Below are positions 22,792-32,420 of a stretch of DNA of 33,818 nt, in pieces. Within the stretch, counting starts at the first letter, position 1. Each line of letters starts with the position of its first letter. This DNA is from Chiloscyllium plagiosum. Lineage: Eukaryota. Under the pieces are notes generated by a model. That model had not been told where the DNA came from, made no database searches, and saw only the letters and a program-made list of their open reading frames with translations. Both the position numbers and the translations under genes were made by a program. The DNA lies in NCBI RefSeq assembly GCF_004010195.1, contig NC_057728.1, positions 46,794,349 through 46,828,166 on the forward strand. Direction: 5' to 3'.

Positions 22792-23420
22792 TGACTGATT
22801 GATTTTTTATTGTTATGTATAATATACAGTGAGAAAAACAGTAAAATACTGTGAAAAGCTTTTTCACTGTCAATTGATCCAGTGCTATTTTGAATAATTT
22901 TAAGAATAAGAGAAAAAAAGCGAAAAGAGCGTCCATGAGTCCTGAACCAACTCGTCAACGATACCTATGCCTCCACCTCTCCTCTACCCCCTCATTGCTG
23001 TCTACACCCGACCCAAACAATTGTGAGGTCACCACTCTTCAGGCTCCGTCTTTAGCCCTTGGGGCGATTCTCCTCCACCACTGCCTCCACCAGCTGTGTC
23101 AGACTGGCCCACATCAGAGTCGCAACTCTCGCACTGGTCCACCTCGTCAATGTCACTGTGATATCCTGCCACTGCCACTTCACTGCTGCCAGTACCAGGC
23201 CCAATCAACGACAAAGTCACTGACCCTCAGGCGCCATCACTCACCACTGGGCCTACCCCCATTGATATCACCTCCACCAATATAGCAGCCACCGATTTTG
23301 ATGCTCACCTTGGAAAAGAAAAGTAAGTATGGACTGTGCTGTTCACTGCCAGCCAACTCTTCAACAGCTGTTGAAGTTATCGAGCTCTGACCTTCCAATA
23401 CAAAGCCGCCTCCTCTCACC
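22792..23420 (-). mobile_element. putative longer copy of the unclassified Rex-tail-like family
   Basis: (TGAT)n TTTTATTGT...AATACTGTGAAAAG start resembles 27620-27690, followed by an A-rich then C-rich non-coding body. Confidence 0.4.
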
Positions 23421-23422
23421 TT

Positions 23423-23762
23423 GGGCTGGCATGGTGGCTCAGTGGTTCACGCTGCTGCCTCACAGTGCCAGGGGCCTAGGTTGCATTCCAGCCTCGGGGG
23501 ATAGTCTGTGTGGAGTTTGCACATTCTCCCCGTGTCTGTGTAGGTTTCCTCCAGATACTCCAACCTCCTCCCACAATCCAAAGATGTGCAGGTTAGGTGA
23601 ATTGGCCATGTTAAATTGTCCATAGCATTCAGGGATTTATAGGTTCGGTGCATTAATCAGGGGTAAATGTAGGGGAATGGGTACAGGTGGGTTATTCTGC
23701 ACAGTGTTGGTGTGGACTTGTTGGGTCAAAGGGCTTGTTTCCACACTGTAGGGATTCTATGA
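23423..23762 (+). mobile_element. HE1 SINE, full length
   Basis: A box TGGCTCAGTGG, V-domain, TGAATTGGCCATGTTAAATTG, 3' TGTTTCCACACTGTAGGGATTCTATGA. Confidence 0.93.
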
Positions 23763-23824
23763 CCTGCAGGGGAGCAGGCATGCCTGAGAGTATGTGCACT
23801 GTTCATAAGAGTTCCTCTCTAACA

Positions 23825-24870
23825 GGACACAGGAGCAGGAGTAAACCTTCAGGCACTCAAGCCACTTCACCAGTTTAGATCACACCTGATCATCAACCTT
23901 AATGCCACATTCCTGCATTCTCCCTCTATCCCTTGATGCCATTATTAACTAGAAATTTATCAATCTTTGTCATGAACTTACTGAATATCTGAGCTTCCAC
24001 AGCACCCTGAGATAGAGAATACCAAAGACTTACTGCCTTCTGAGTGAAGATGTTCCTCCTCATCTAAATCCTAAATGCTTTACCTTTTATTGTAATACTA
24101 TGTCTCTTAATTCTAGATCCCACAACCATAGGAAACAGTCTTTCTGCATCTACTTTCTTGGTTCCTTTAAAAATTATCAGTGTTTCTTCTAAATTTCAGG
24201 TACCATCTCCTCAATCTCTTCTGATAGGACAATTCTACAATCCCAAGGAATCAGTCCAGTGAATCTCCACCAAACTCCCTCTATGGTATGTGTATCCTTC
24301 CTTAGACAAGGGAATCAGAAATGCACATAGTACACCAGATGCAGTCTCACGAGTTTGAAATGAAACACCTTTACTTTCGTACTCAAATCCTGGAGCGATA
24401 AAGGCTAACCTACTCTTCCTTTTCTACATTGCTTGCTGTAACTACATGCTAGTTTTCAGTCATTTATAAACAAGGACGCCTTGGAACACCAACATTTTCC
24501 ATTCTTCTATTGTTCAACAAATACTGTGGACTTTTTTCTTCCTCCCAAGTCATTTAACCCGTCAAATATTTACATTATATTCCATCCACCATGCTCTTCA
24601 TCATTTGCTCAGTCTGTCAAAATCACTTTTAAACCTCTTTGCATTCACCTGGGAACTCAAATTCTCACCAAATTATGTATCACTTGAAGTCTTGGAAAAG
24701 TACAATTGACGCTCAGATCCAACTTATTGATAGAAATTGTAAACTGCTGGGGCCTAAGCATTGGTCCTTTTGGTAACCTTTGGTTACTGTTTGCACCCTG
24801 AGAATGATCTATTCCTACTCTCTACTCTCTGCTTTCTGCCTGTTAACCAAATCTCAATTCACACTCGTGC
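23825..24870 (-). mobile_element. old CR1 3' half
   Basis: Starts with the antisense tail AGGAGCAGGAGTA; GTGAAGATGTTCCTCCTCATCT, TGCACATAGTACACCAGATGCAGTCTCAC and TACTCAAATCC are antisense CR1 ORF2 motifs. Confidence 0.75.
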
Positions 24871-24949
24871 ATTATTAAATATTAATATTGCATTAAATGT
24901 CCAATTGTCATCTTCTTTATAATAGATTCTAGTATCTTTTCTACTACAG

Positions 24950-25155
24950 AGATGGACTGTGATATGGAGAAATTTCTTCAACCAGTGAATGGTGAGCCTG
25001 TGGACTTCTCTGTCACAGAATGTGGTTGAGGATAAAATGCTGAATGTTTACAGCAAAGGAGTTAGATATAGTTATTTGGGTTAAAGGAATCAAAGGATAT
25101 GGGGAAAAAGGGGAACTGGCTCAAATAGCTGAGTAGCCTACTCTTCCTCTTTTCT
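24950..25155 (+). mobile_element. CR1 3' fragment
   Basis: GAAATTTCTTCAACCAG..AATGGTGAGCCTGTGGACTTCTCTGTCACAGAATGTGGTTGAGG...GCTGAGTAGCCTACTCTTCCTC. Confidence 0.75.
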
Positions 25156-25224
25156 AAGTAACTGACATCAGGCCTGTTTCCTGTTTTCTCTCCTCACCTC
25201 CCCCACCCCCCACCCCCACCCCGC

Positions 25225-25290
25225 AACCTTATTAAACAATGGAGTTATATTTCCAACTTTCCAATCTACAGGCACTGTTGCAGATTTAAA
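25225..25290 (-). mobile_element. CR1 ORF2 fragment
   Basis: Peptide VPVDWKVGNITPLFNK matches the CR1 VP.DWK.ANVTPLFKK motif. Confidence 0.7.
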
Positions 25291-25577
25291 AGGAACCATG
25301 GTAACTGGTGACTCCTTGCCACCTGGCAGGTATAGCTGCTGATGCTGGGAGTCCATGTCCCCAAGATAAGCGCACAAAGCTGAGAATGCATCAGGATCTG
25401 ATCTACCAGCCCTGATCCTCACCTCCAAGATCATCAACAAAGGGCTAGGAAGATGGTCAATGTTGTCATGATGGCACAGCGTTGCAATTGCAAAGGTTAA
25501 ATACACCAGAACCCCATTAAACAATCCAAGTTTTGGAGTCTTCAAAGAAATACACTTTTGCTCAGCACTAAATAAAT

Positions 25578-25712
25578 GAGAAGACTTCAGATTCTGGAAA
25601 TCTGAAATAAAAACAGAATATGGAGGAGATGCTCAGTCAGTCAGCATCTGTAGAAGAGAACCGTTGAATCAATGCTTCAGGGGTAAGATTGGGTATTGTC
25701 TTTTCAGCAGCA
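25578..25712 (-). mobile_element. older relative of the PLE family A terminus
   Basis: GACTTCAGATTCTGGAAATCTGAAATAAAAACAG...CTCAGTCAGTCAGCATCTGTAGA resembles GACTGCAGATGCTGGAGATCAGA...GGCAGCATC of 18644-18711. Confidence 0.55.
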
Positions 25713-25804
25713 TCGGTCAAGGGTTAATGTAGAGCAGGACTACACAGATCTTAAAAATGTGTTGCTGGAAAAGCGCAGGTCAGGCAGCATCCAAGGAGCA
25801 GGAG

Positions 25805-25840
25805 AGTCGACGTTTCGGGCATAAGCCCTTCTTCAGGAAT
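25805..25840 (-). ncRNA. minimal type-I hammerhead ribozyme motif (family A, minus strand)
   Basis: AUUC-CUGAAGA-A-GGGC-UUAU-GCCC-GAAA-CG-UC-GACU. Confidence 0.78.
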
Positions 25841-25922
25841 GAGGAAGGTGTGCCAAGCAGGCTAAGATAAAAGGTAGGGAGCTCCCTACCTTTTATCTTA
25901 GCCTGCTTGGCACACTTTCCTC

Positions 25923-25958
25923 ATTCCTGAAGAAGGGCTTATGCCCGAAACGTCGATT
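25923..25958 (+). ncRNA. minimal type-I hammerhead ribozyme motif (family A, plus strand)
   Basis: AUUC-CUGAAGA(25927-25933)-A-GGGC-UUAU-GCCC-GAAA(25947-25950)-CG-UC/GAUU; predicted cleavage after 25954; stem I weak (3 of 4 bp). Confidence 0.8.
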
Positions 25959-26119
25959 CTCCTGCTCCTTGGATGCTGCATGACCTGCTCCGCTTTTCCA
26001 GCAACACATTTTTCAGCTCTGATCTCCAGCATCTGCAGACCTCACTTTCTCCTACACAAGATCTTGCCTACCTTTCTCAAAATTGTCCCACAGGATCTCT
26101 TACATTTCCCTGAGGGCCC

Positions 26120-26297
26120 ATGCAGGGCCTCAGCCTAGTGGTGTATCTGAAAGTACCTCCCTGACAGTGAGGTACTCATTCAAGCCTGCAGTGGAGTATT
26201 AGTCCAATTTTTGGCTCAAGTTTCTGGAATGGGATCATTGATAATGGTCACCCCGTGACTCAGAGGTAAGACACCTATCGCTGAACCAAGGCTGGCA
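26120..26297 (-). mobile_element. DeuSINE-type SINE head, diverged
   Basis: TCTGAAAG..CCTCCCTGACAGTG..GTACTC...GCTCAAGTTTCTGGAATGGGA...TGACTCAGAGGTAAGA...CTGAACCAAGGCTG is the antisense tRNA head plus Deu domain. Confidence 0.6.
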
Positions 26298-26449
26298 TAT
26301 TTGTAGGATAAATTACAAAATAGGAAGAAAATAAAATAATTACTCAGCCAAATCTAAACGTGCTACATGATTCTGCCAATTGATCTATAGTGAGAGGTGA
26401 TGGGCTCTGATGTAAAACCTAGAATCTTCTGACAAGTCTAACAGCCTAG

Positions 26450-26620
26450 AAGCTGGAGGTAAGTCACCTTCTTGAACTGCTGCAGTCCATGTGATGAACT
26501 TACATACACAGCACCATTCGATCAGGGATTCCAGGGACAGTGAAAGGACAGTGACATATTATCAAGTCAGAAAGGCATGTGAACTGGCAGAGCGTAGTGT
26601 TGCTATGTTACTGCTGTCAT
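26450..26620 (-). mobile_element. old LINE fragment (same family as 13795-14508)
   Basis: CCTTCTTGAACTGCTGCAGTCCATGTG...GACAGTGAAAGGACAGTGACATATTATCAAGTCAG. Confidence 0.55.
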
Positions 26621-26846
26621 GGTTCGAGGTGACCAAGCTAATCAAGGAATCAGAAAGGACCCTTTATGATTTAATAGTATAAAGGTCTAATTTCCTATGT
26701 TCTACATTTGTTCATGCTATCAGTAGAATGTGTTGTGTTGGGTAACAGTTCTGCATGAGTTAATGATGGAACTGCATTAAGATGGAGATATAGCAATCTA
26801 GAATGAGCTCCTGTTGGAGACATAATGTCATCCTTTGTCTCTAATA

Positions 26847-27145
26847 GGGTGGCATGGTGGAAAGCCTGTTACCTCACAGTGCCAGAGACCTGGGTTCGAT
26901 TCCACTCTCGGGTGACTGTCTGCTTAGAGTTTGCACATTCCTCCGTGTCTGCATGGGCTTTCTCCAGATATTCTGATTTCCATCCACAGTAGGTGGATCG
27001 GCCATGCTAAGTTGCACATAGTGCCCATGGATGTGCAACCTAAGTCGATTAGCCATGTGGGGCCAAAGAGATAGGTTTGGGGTTGGGTCTGAGTGGACTT
27101 GATGGGCTCAATGGCCTGTTTCCACACTGTAGTGATTCTGTGATT
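26847..27145 (+). mobile_element. HE1 SINE, diverged, A box damaged
   Basis: GGGTGGCATGGTGG...CCTCACAGTGCCAGAGACCTGGGTTCGATTCC, V-domain AGAGTTTGCACATTC, 3' GGCCTGTTTCCACACTGTAG. Confidence 0.88.
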
Positions 27146-27619
27146 ATGTTTATGCCTAAGCAGTCAATGTTATTATTATCCATTGCTATCATATAATAAA
27201 ATACTTTGTGTAAGGCAGTTCCTTCTTCTCATTAAGAATCAACAGTGGTTCATCTTCTACCACTGCTAATTAAATAGACCCTTTGACCACTGGTGACAGC
27301 CCCTGCTCACCTGGGTTCAGAACCATAGTCTACATATAACAGAATTGAATGACAATAATTGCTAATGTGCCCTGGCCTGTAGTCCCAGGATCATCAAATA
27401 TCATTAGAACAGTCTTCTGTTGAAACAAAGGTCACAAGCAGGCATTATTTTTAATCCTTTAATCAGAAGAAGCAAACATTAGATTAAACCAAACAACAGC
27501 TGTAACCATCCTAATTTGACCACCATTAAGTTGGTGGCAGAAAATAATAAGACAGTTAAGAATATTTCTACCGTTTGTAATGTTCACGATAATGGCCTGA
27601 TAATCATTTGTCAGTTATT

Positions 27620-27900
27620 GATTAGATTTGGATTTAGATTTATTGTCACATGTACCCAAGTACAAAAGCACAGGAATACAGTGAAAAATGCATAATGTCG
27701 TCACACACCTTCGGTACCAAGGTATCTGGGTACAAGATAATGTAGTTGCAAAGTAGTAAGAGAAATGAGAATTAAAACGTTAAGTATTATTCCATGGAAT
27801 AGTCGAAAATATAAAGAAATAAGGAAATTGTTATCATTAAAGTCTTTCGTAGTTTAAATGAGGAAAATAAATAAATAAGTTAAAAGTTCAATAGGAATTG
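27620..27900 (-). mobile_element. 3' end of the unclassified Rex-tail-like family
   Basis: (GATTTA)n TTTATTGTCACATGTAC...AATACAGTGAAAA...CTTCGGTACCAAGGTATCTGGGTACA; inverted homologue of 1510-1619. Confidence 0.55.
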
Positions 27901-28061
27901 TCTAGATCAGTTTATTTCAAACAGTCGAACACATTATAAATTATGAAGCAGGCATCACATATCCCATCTAATTTCAGTGAGAGCAGTTTGGAGAGCCATA
28001 GCAAACTAAACTCAAGGCAGAAGATCAGTATGTAGTTAACATTCATCCTTCCTTTTTTTAA

Positions 28062-28240
28062 AGAGTCTTACAGCATGGAAACAGGCCCTTTGGCCCAAAC
28101 TGGTCCATACCGACCAAAATGTTTGTCCAGGCTAACCCCATTTCCCTACACTTGGCCTGTCGCCTTCTAATCCTTTCCAATCCACATATTTGTCAAATGC
28201 CTTTTAAATGCAGGTAATGTACCTGCCTTAACCACTTCCG
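28062..28240 (-). mobile_element. CR1 3' end (probable outer element of the nest)
   Basis: AGAGTCTTACAGCATGGAAACAGGCCCTTTGGCCCAA...AAATGCCTTTTAAATG...ACCTGCCTTAACCACTTCC is the antisense CR1 3' UTR and ORF2 end. Confidence 0.88.
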
Positions 28241-29724
28241 ACAGCACAATTGAGAAAAGAACCAAGTCATACAGTCAGGGCAGGAAGGGACAAAGCAGAG
28301 AACAAGGTAGGACTGAAAAATTAAACTGCATTTATTTCAATGCCAGCTGTCTAATAAGGAAGGCAGATGAACTCAGGGCATGGATAGGAATATGGAACTG
28401 GGGTATCATAGGAATTACAGAAACATGGCTCAGGGATGGGCAGGACTGGCAGCTTAATGTTCCAGGATACAGGAAGGATAGAAAGGGAGAGAAGAGAGAA
28501 AGGGGAGTGGCATTTTTGATAAGGGATAGCATTACAGCCGTACTGAGGGAGGATATTCCCGGAAATACATCCAGGGAAATTATTTGGGTGGAACTGAGAA
28601 ATAAGAAAGGGATGATCACCTTATTGAGATTATATTATAGACCCCCTTATAGTCAGAGGGAAATTGAGAAACAAATTTGTAAGGAGATCTCAGTTATTTG
28701 TAATATATGGTGGTTCTGGTAGGGGATTTTCCAATCAGACTGGGACTGCCGTAGTACTAAGGGTTTAGATGGAGAGGAATTTGTTAAGTGTTTACAATAA
28801 AATTTTCTGATTCAGTATGTGGATGTACCCTGTACCCATGAAAGAAGGTGCAAAACTTGGCGTATTCTTGGGAAATAAGGCAAGGCAGGTGACTGAAGTG
28901 TCAGTGGGGGAGCACTTTGGGGCCAGCGACCATAATTCTATTAGTTTTAAAATTGTGATGGAAAAACATCGACCAGATCTAAAAATTGAAGTTCTAAATT
29001 GGAGAATGGTCAATTTTGAAGGTATTAGGCAAGAACTTTCAAAAGCTGATTGGGGACAGATGTTTGCACCTAAAGGGACTGCTGGAAAATGGGAAGCCTT
29101 CAGAAACGAGATAACGAGAGACCAGAGAAATTATATTCCTGTTAGGGTGAAAGGAAAGGCTAGTACATAAAGAGATTGCTGGATGACTAAAGAAATTGAG
29201 GGTTGATTAAGAGGAAGAAGGAAGCATATGTCAGGTATAGATCACAGGATAGATCGAGTGAATCCTTAGAAGAATATAAAGGCAGTAGGAGTATGCTTAA
29301 GAGGGAAATCAGGAGGGCAAAAAAGGGGACAGGAGATAGCCTTGGCAAATAGAGTTAAGGAGAATCCAAAGAGCTTTTACAAATACATTAAGGACAAAAG
29401 GGTATGTAGGGAGAGAATAGGGCCCCTCAAAGGTGACCTTTGTGTGGAGCCGCAGGAAATGGGGAGATACTAAACGAGTATTTTACATCAGTATTTACTG
29501 TAGAAAAGGACATGGAAGATATAGAATGCAGGGAAATAGATGGTGACATCTTTAAAAATGTCCATATTACAGAAGAGGAAGTGCTGGATGTCTTGAAATG
29601 CATAAAAGTGGATAAATCCCCCGGATCTGATCAGGTGTACCCGAGAACTCTGTGGGAAGCTACGGAAATGATTGCTGGGCCTCTTACTGAGATATTTGTA
29701 TCATCGATAGTCACAGGTGAGGTG
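28241..29724 (+). mobile_element. CR1 LINE 5' portion of ORF2 (APE endonuclease and linker), frameshifted
   Basis: From 28321: LNCIYFNA...KADEL...IIGITETW..DGQDWQLNVPGY, GVAFLIR, YYRPP, SDHNSI.F, KSPG.DQVYPR.L.E...TGEV. Confidence 0.95.
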
Positions 29725-29800
29725 TTCAAAGTTTGTGAGAAGATTTGTAGCTCGGGTGCTCGTTGTTGTGGTTCTGTTCGCCGAGCTGGGAATTTGTGTT

Positions 29801-29840
29801 GCAGACGTTTCGTCCCCTGTCTCGGTGACATCCTCAGTGC
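29801..29840 (-). ncRNA. minimal type-I hammerhead ribozyme motif (PLE family C)
   Basis: GCA-CUGAGGA-U-GUCACC-GAGACA-GGGGAC-GAAA-CG-UC/UGC; stem I GCA/UGC, stem II 5 of 6 bp. Confidence 0.8.
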
Positions 29841-30157
29841 TTGGGAGCCTCCTGTGAAGCGCTTCTGTGATGTTTCCTCCGGCATTTATAATGGTTTGAA
29901 TATGCCGCTTCCGGTTGTCACTTCCAGCTGTCCACTGCAGTGGTCGGTATATTGGGTCCAGGTCAATGTGCCTATTGATTGAATCTGTGGATGAGTGCCA
30001 TGCCTCTAGGAATTCCCTGGCTGTTCTCTGTTTGGCTTGTCCTATAATAGTAGTGTTGTCCCAGTCGAATTCATGTTGCTTGTCATCTGCGTTGTGGCTA
30101 CTAAGGATAGCTGGTCGTGTCGTTTCGTGGCTAAGTTGGTGTTCACGAATGCGGATC

Positions 30158-30196
30158 NNNNNNNNNNNNNNNNNNNNNNNNNNNNNNNNNNNNNNN
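30158..30196. other. assembly gap (39 N) inside PLE family C
   Basis: Run of N. Confidence 0.99.
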
Positions 30197-30417
30197 TTCC
30201 GTTGTCTTTCCCTTAGGCATCTGTTGATGAAATTGCGGGGGTATCCGTTTTTGGCGAATACATTGTATAGGTGTTCTTCTTCCTCTTTTTGCAGTTCTGG
30301 TGTGCTACAGTGTGTTGTGGCACTCTTCCATAGTTTCAATCAATAAGCACATTGACCTGGACCCAATATATCGACCACTGCAGCGGACAGCTGGAAGTGA
30401 CAACCAGAAGCGGCAGA

Positions 30418-31062
30418 TTTGGGATGCTTTCCTTTATTGGTCAGAGTATTGAGTACAAGAGTTGGGAGGTCAATTTGCTGCTGTACAGAACATTGGTTAG
30501 GCCACTTTTGGAATATTGCATGCATTTCTGGTCTCCTTCCTATCGGAAGGATGTTGTGAAACTCGAAAGGGTTCAGAAAAGGTTTACAAGGATGTTGCCA
30601 GGGTTGGAGGATTTGAGCTATAGGGAGAGGCTGAACAGGCTAGGGCTGGTTTCCCTGGAGTGTTGGAGGCTGAGGGCTGATCTTATAGAGGTTTATAAAA
30701 TCATGAGGCGCATGGATAGGATAAATAGACAAGGTCTTTTTCCCTGGGGTGGGGGTGTCCAGAACTAGAGGGCATAGGTTTAGGGTGAGAGGGGACAGAT
30801 ATAAAAGAGACCTCAGGACAAATTTTTCACGCAAAGTGTGGTGAGTGTGTGGAATTGGCTGCCAGAGGAAGTGGTGGAAGCTAGTACGTTGCAACATTTA
30901 TAAGGCATCTGGATGGGTGTATGAATAGGAAGGATTTGGAGGGACATGGGCTGGGTGCAGGTGGGACTAGGTTGGGTTGGGATATCTGGTCGGCATGGAC
31001 AGGTTGGACCGAAGGGTCTGTTTCTGTGCTGTACATCTTTATGACTCTCTGACTATGACTCT
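30418..31062 (+). mobile_element. CR1 3' portion (continuation of 28241-29724)
   Basis: FGMLSFIGQSIEYKSWEV...LVRPLLEYCMHFWSPSYRKDVVKLERVQKRFTRML, TRGHRF, WNWLP, tail TATGACTCTCTGACTATGACTCTA. Confidence 0.95.
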
Positions 31063-32103
31063 AGCCTTGTACATTCTCATCCATATCATTGATATAGATA
31101 ACTGACCCCTGATGCACTCCACTAGTCACAGGCCATCAATCCAACAAGTAGCCTTCCACTATTACCTCTGCTTCCCACTATCAAGCCAACTGTTTATCCA
31201 GTTTGCCAGCTCACTCTAGATTTCATGCAATCTAACCTTCCAGAGCAGCACACCATGTGAAATCTTATCAAAGCCCTTACTGATATCCATAAAGGCTATG
31301 TCTACTGCCCTGCCCTCATCAACCTTCCTGGCCACTTTATCTAAGAATTCTAAAAAATTTGTGAGGCATGATCTCCCACTCACAAAGTCATGCTAACTAC
31401 TCCTAATCAAATCCTGTCTTTTCAAATGCATGTATACCTTATCCCTCAGAAGCTTCACACGGAACTTACCAACTACAGATGTTAAGCTTACTGGTCTATA
31501 GTTCCCAAGCTTTTCTTTGCAGCTCTTTTGCTACCTTCCAGTCTTCTGGGACTTCACCCATGGCCATCAGTGATGTAAAGATATCAGCCAGGGTCCCTGC
31601 AATTTCTTCTCTAGCCTCTTGCAGTGTTTTTAGATATATTTGGCCAGGACCAAGAGATTTATCCGCCTTCATACATTCCATTACATCTAACACCTGTTCT
31701 ACTGTGATATGGACTATCCCTAAGATATCACCACTAACTTCCCCAAGTTCCCAAGTCTTAATGTATTTCTCCATGGTAAACACAGAGGAGAAAAAATCAT
31801 TAAGAACCTCACCCATTTCATGCGTTTCTACACATGCATGTCCACTTTGGTCCCTAAGGGGCCCTATTCTCTCTCTAGTTATTCTTTTTCCTTTAATATA
31901 CCTAAAGTACCTCTTTGGATTCACCCTAATTTTTTTGGCCAAGGCTATCTCGTGGTCCCGTTTTGCCCTCCTGATTTCTTTCTTCAGTGAACTCTTGTAT
32001 TCCCTGTATACCTCCAGGGATTCCCTTGCTCCCAGCTACCTATACTTGCGCCAAGCGTCCTTTTTTTCTGGTCAAAGCTTCAATATCTCTTGTCATCCAG
32101 GGT
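31063..32103 (-). mobile_element. CR1 ORF2 internal fragment (linker plus RT N-terminal part, with deletions)
   Basis: NPKRYFRYIKGKRITRERIGPL...LNDFFSSVFT...KSLGP.QIY..L...GEVPEDWKVA. Confidence 0.92.
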
Positions 32104-32207
32104 GGCTGGATTCCATAGCTCTGTGATGCTAAAGATTTTGACCTGTATAGCATATCATTCAGGAAAGTTTCCATGGGAGTGGATAAATCACTAACTCTAT
32201 AATTCTG

Positions 32208-32420
32208 AGTTAAAAATCACACAACACCAGGTTATAGTCCAACAGGTTTAATTGGAAGCACACTAGCTTTCGGAGCGATGCTCCTTCATCAATCACCTGA
32301 TGAAGGAACGTCGCTCCGAAAGCTAGTGTGCTTCCAATTAAACCTGTTGGACTATAACCTGGTGTTGTGTGATTTTTAACTTTGTACACCCCAGTCCAAC
32401 ACCGGCATCTCCAGATCATG
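32208..32420 (+). mobile_element. fold-back PLE family B mini-copy
   Basis: Arms 32208-32291 and 32298-32381 inverted, 6-nt loop, tail 32382-32420; perfect 12-bp TSD TCTATAATTCTG 32196-32207 / 32421-32432. Confidence 0.95.
32294..32328 (+). ncRNA. minimal type-I hammerhead ribozyme motif (family B)
   Basis: CAC-CUGAUGA(32297-32303)-A-GGAAC-GUC-GCUCC-GAAA-GC-UA/GUG; stem I CAC/GUG; predicted cleavage after 32325. Confidence 0.8.

Larger units (their letters stand above)
25753..26051 (+). mobile_element. fold-back PLE family A mini-copy with a loopless palindrome
   Basis: Arms 25753-25881 and 25882-26013 meet at GGGAG|CTCCC with no spacer; tail 26014-26051; TSD CTACACAGATCTT 25740-25752 / CTACACAAGATCTT 26052-26065. 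Confidence 0.95.
29725..30419 (-). mobile_element. PLE family C (Penelope/Poseidon-like), 5'-truncated, with an inverted segment at its 5' end
   Basis: Peptides EEEHL..VF.KNGYP.NFI (RT C-terminal region) and RIREH...HEFDWDNTTII......REFLEAWHS...INRHIDLDPIY (GIY-YIG C-terminus); 30335-30419 is an inverted copy of 29899-29983. Confidence 0.92.

Noticed and set aside
22890..23285. 131-aa ORF with a basic NLS-like N-terminus
   Set aside because: Non-ATG start, low-complexity composition, no domain, and it lies in a probable repeat
23359..23376. 18-bp perfect palindrome CTTCAACAGCTGTTGAAG
   Set aside because: 9-bp arms are not improbable by chance in 34 kb
25291..25332. VTGDSL peptide resembling a CR1 ORF1 GDSL esterase motif
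   Set aside because: A stop follows within a few codons and there is no further esterase similarity
25753..26051. Interpreting the palindromes as MITEs (DNA transposons) or endogenous viroids
   Set aside because: Termini are asymmetric (one-sided tail), TSD length varies, and the equivalent family B terminus is attached to a PLE GIY-YIG ORF; nothing shows circularity
31479..32126. 215-aa plus-strand ORF
   Set aside because: Antisense shadow of the minus-strand CR1 ORF2 fragment
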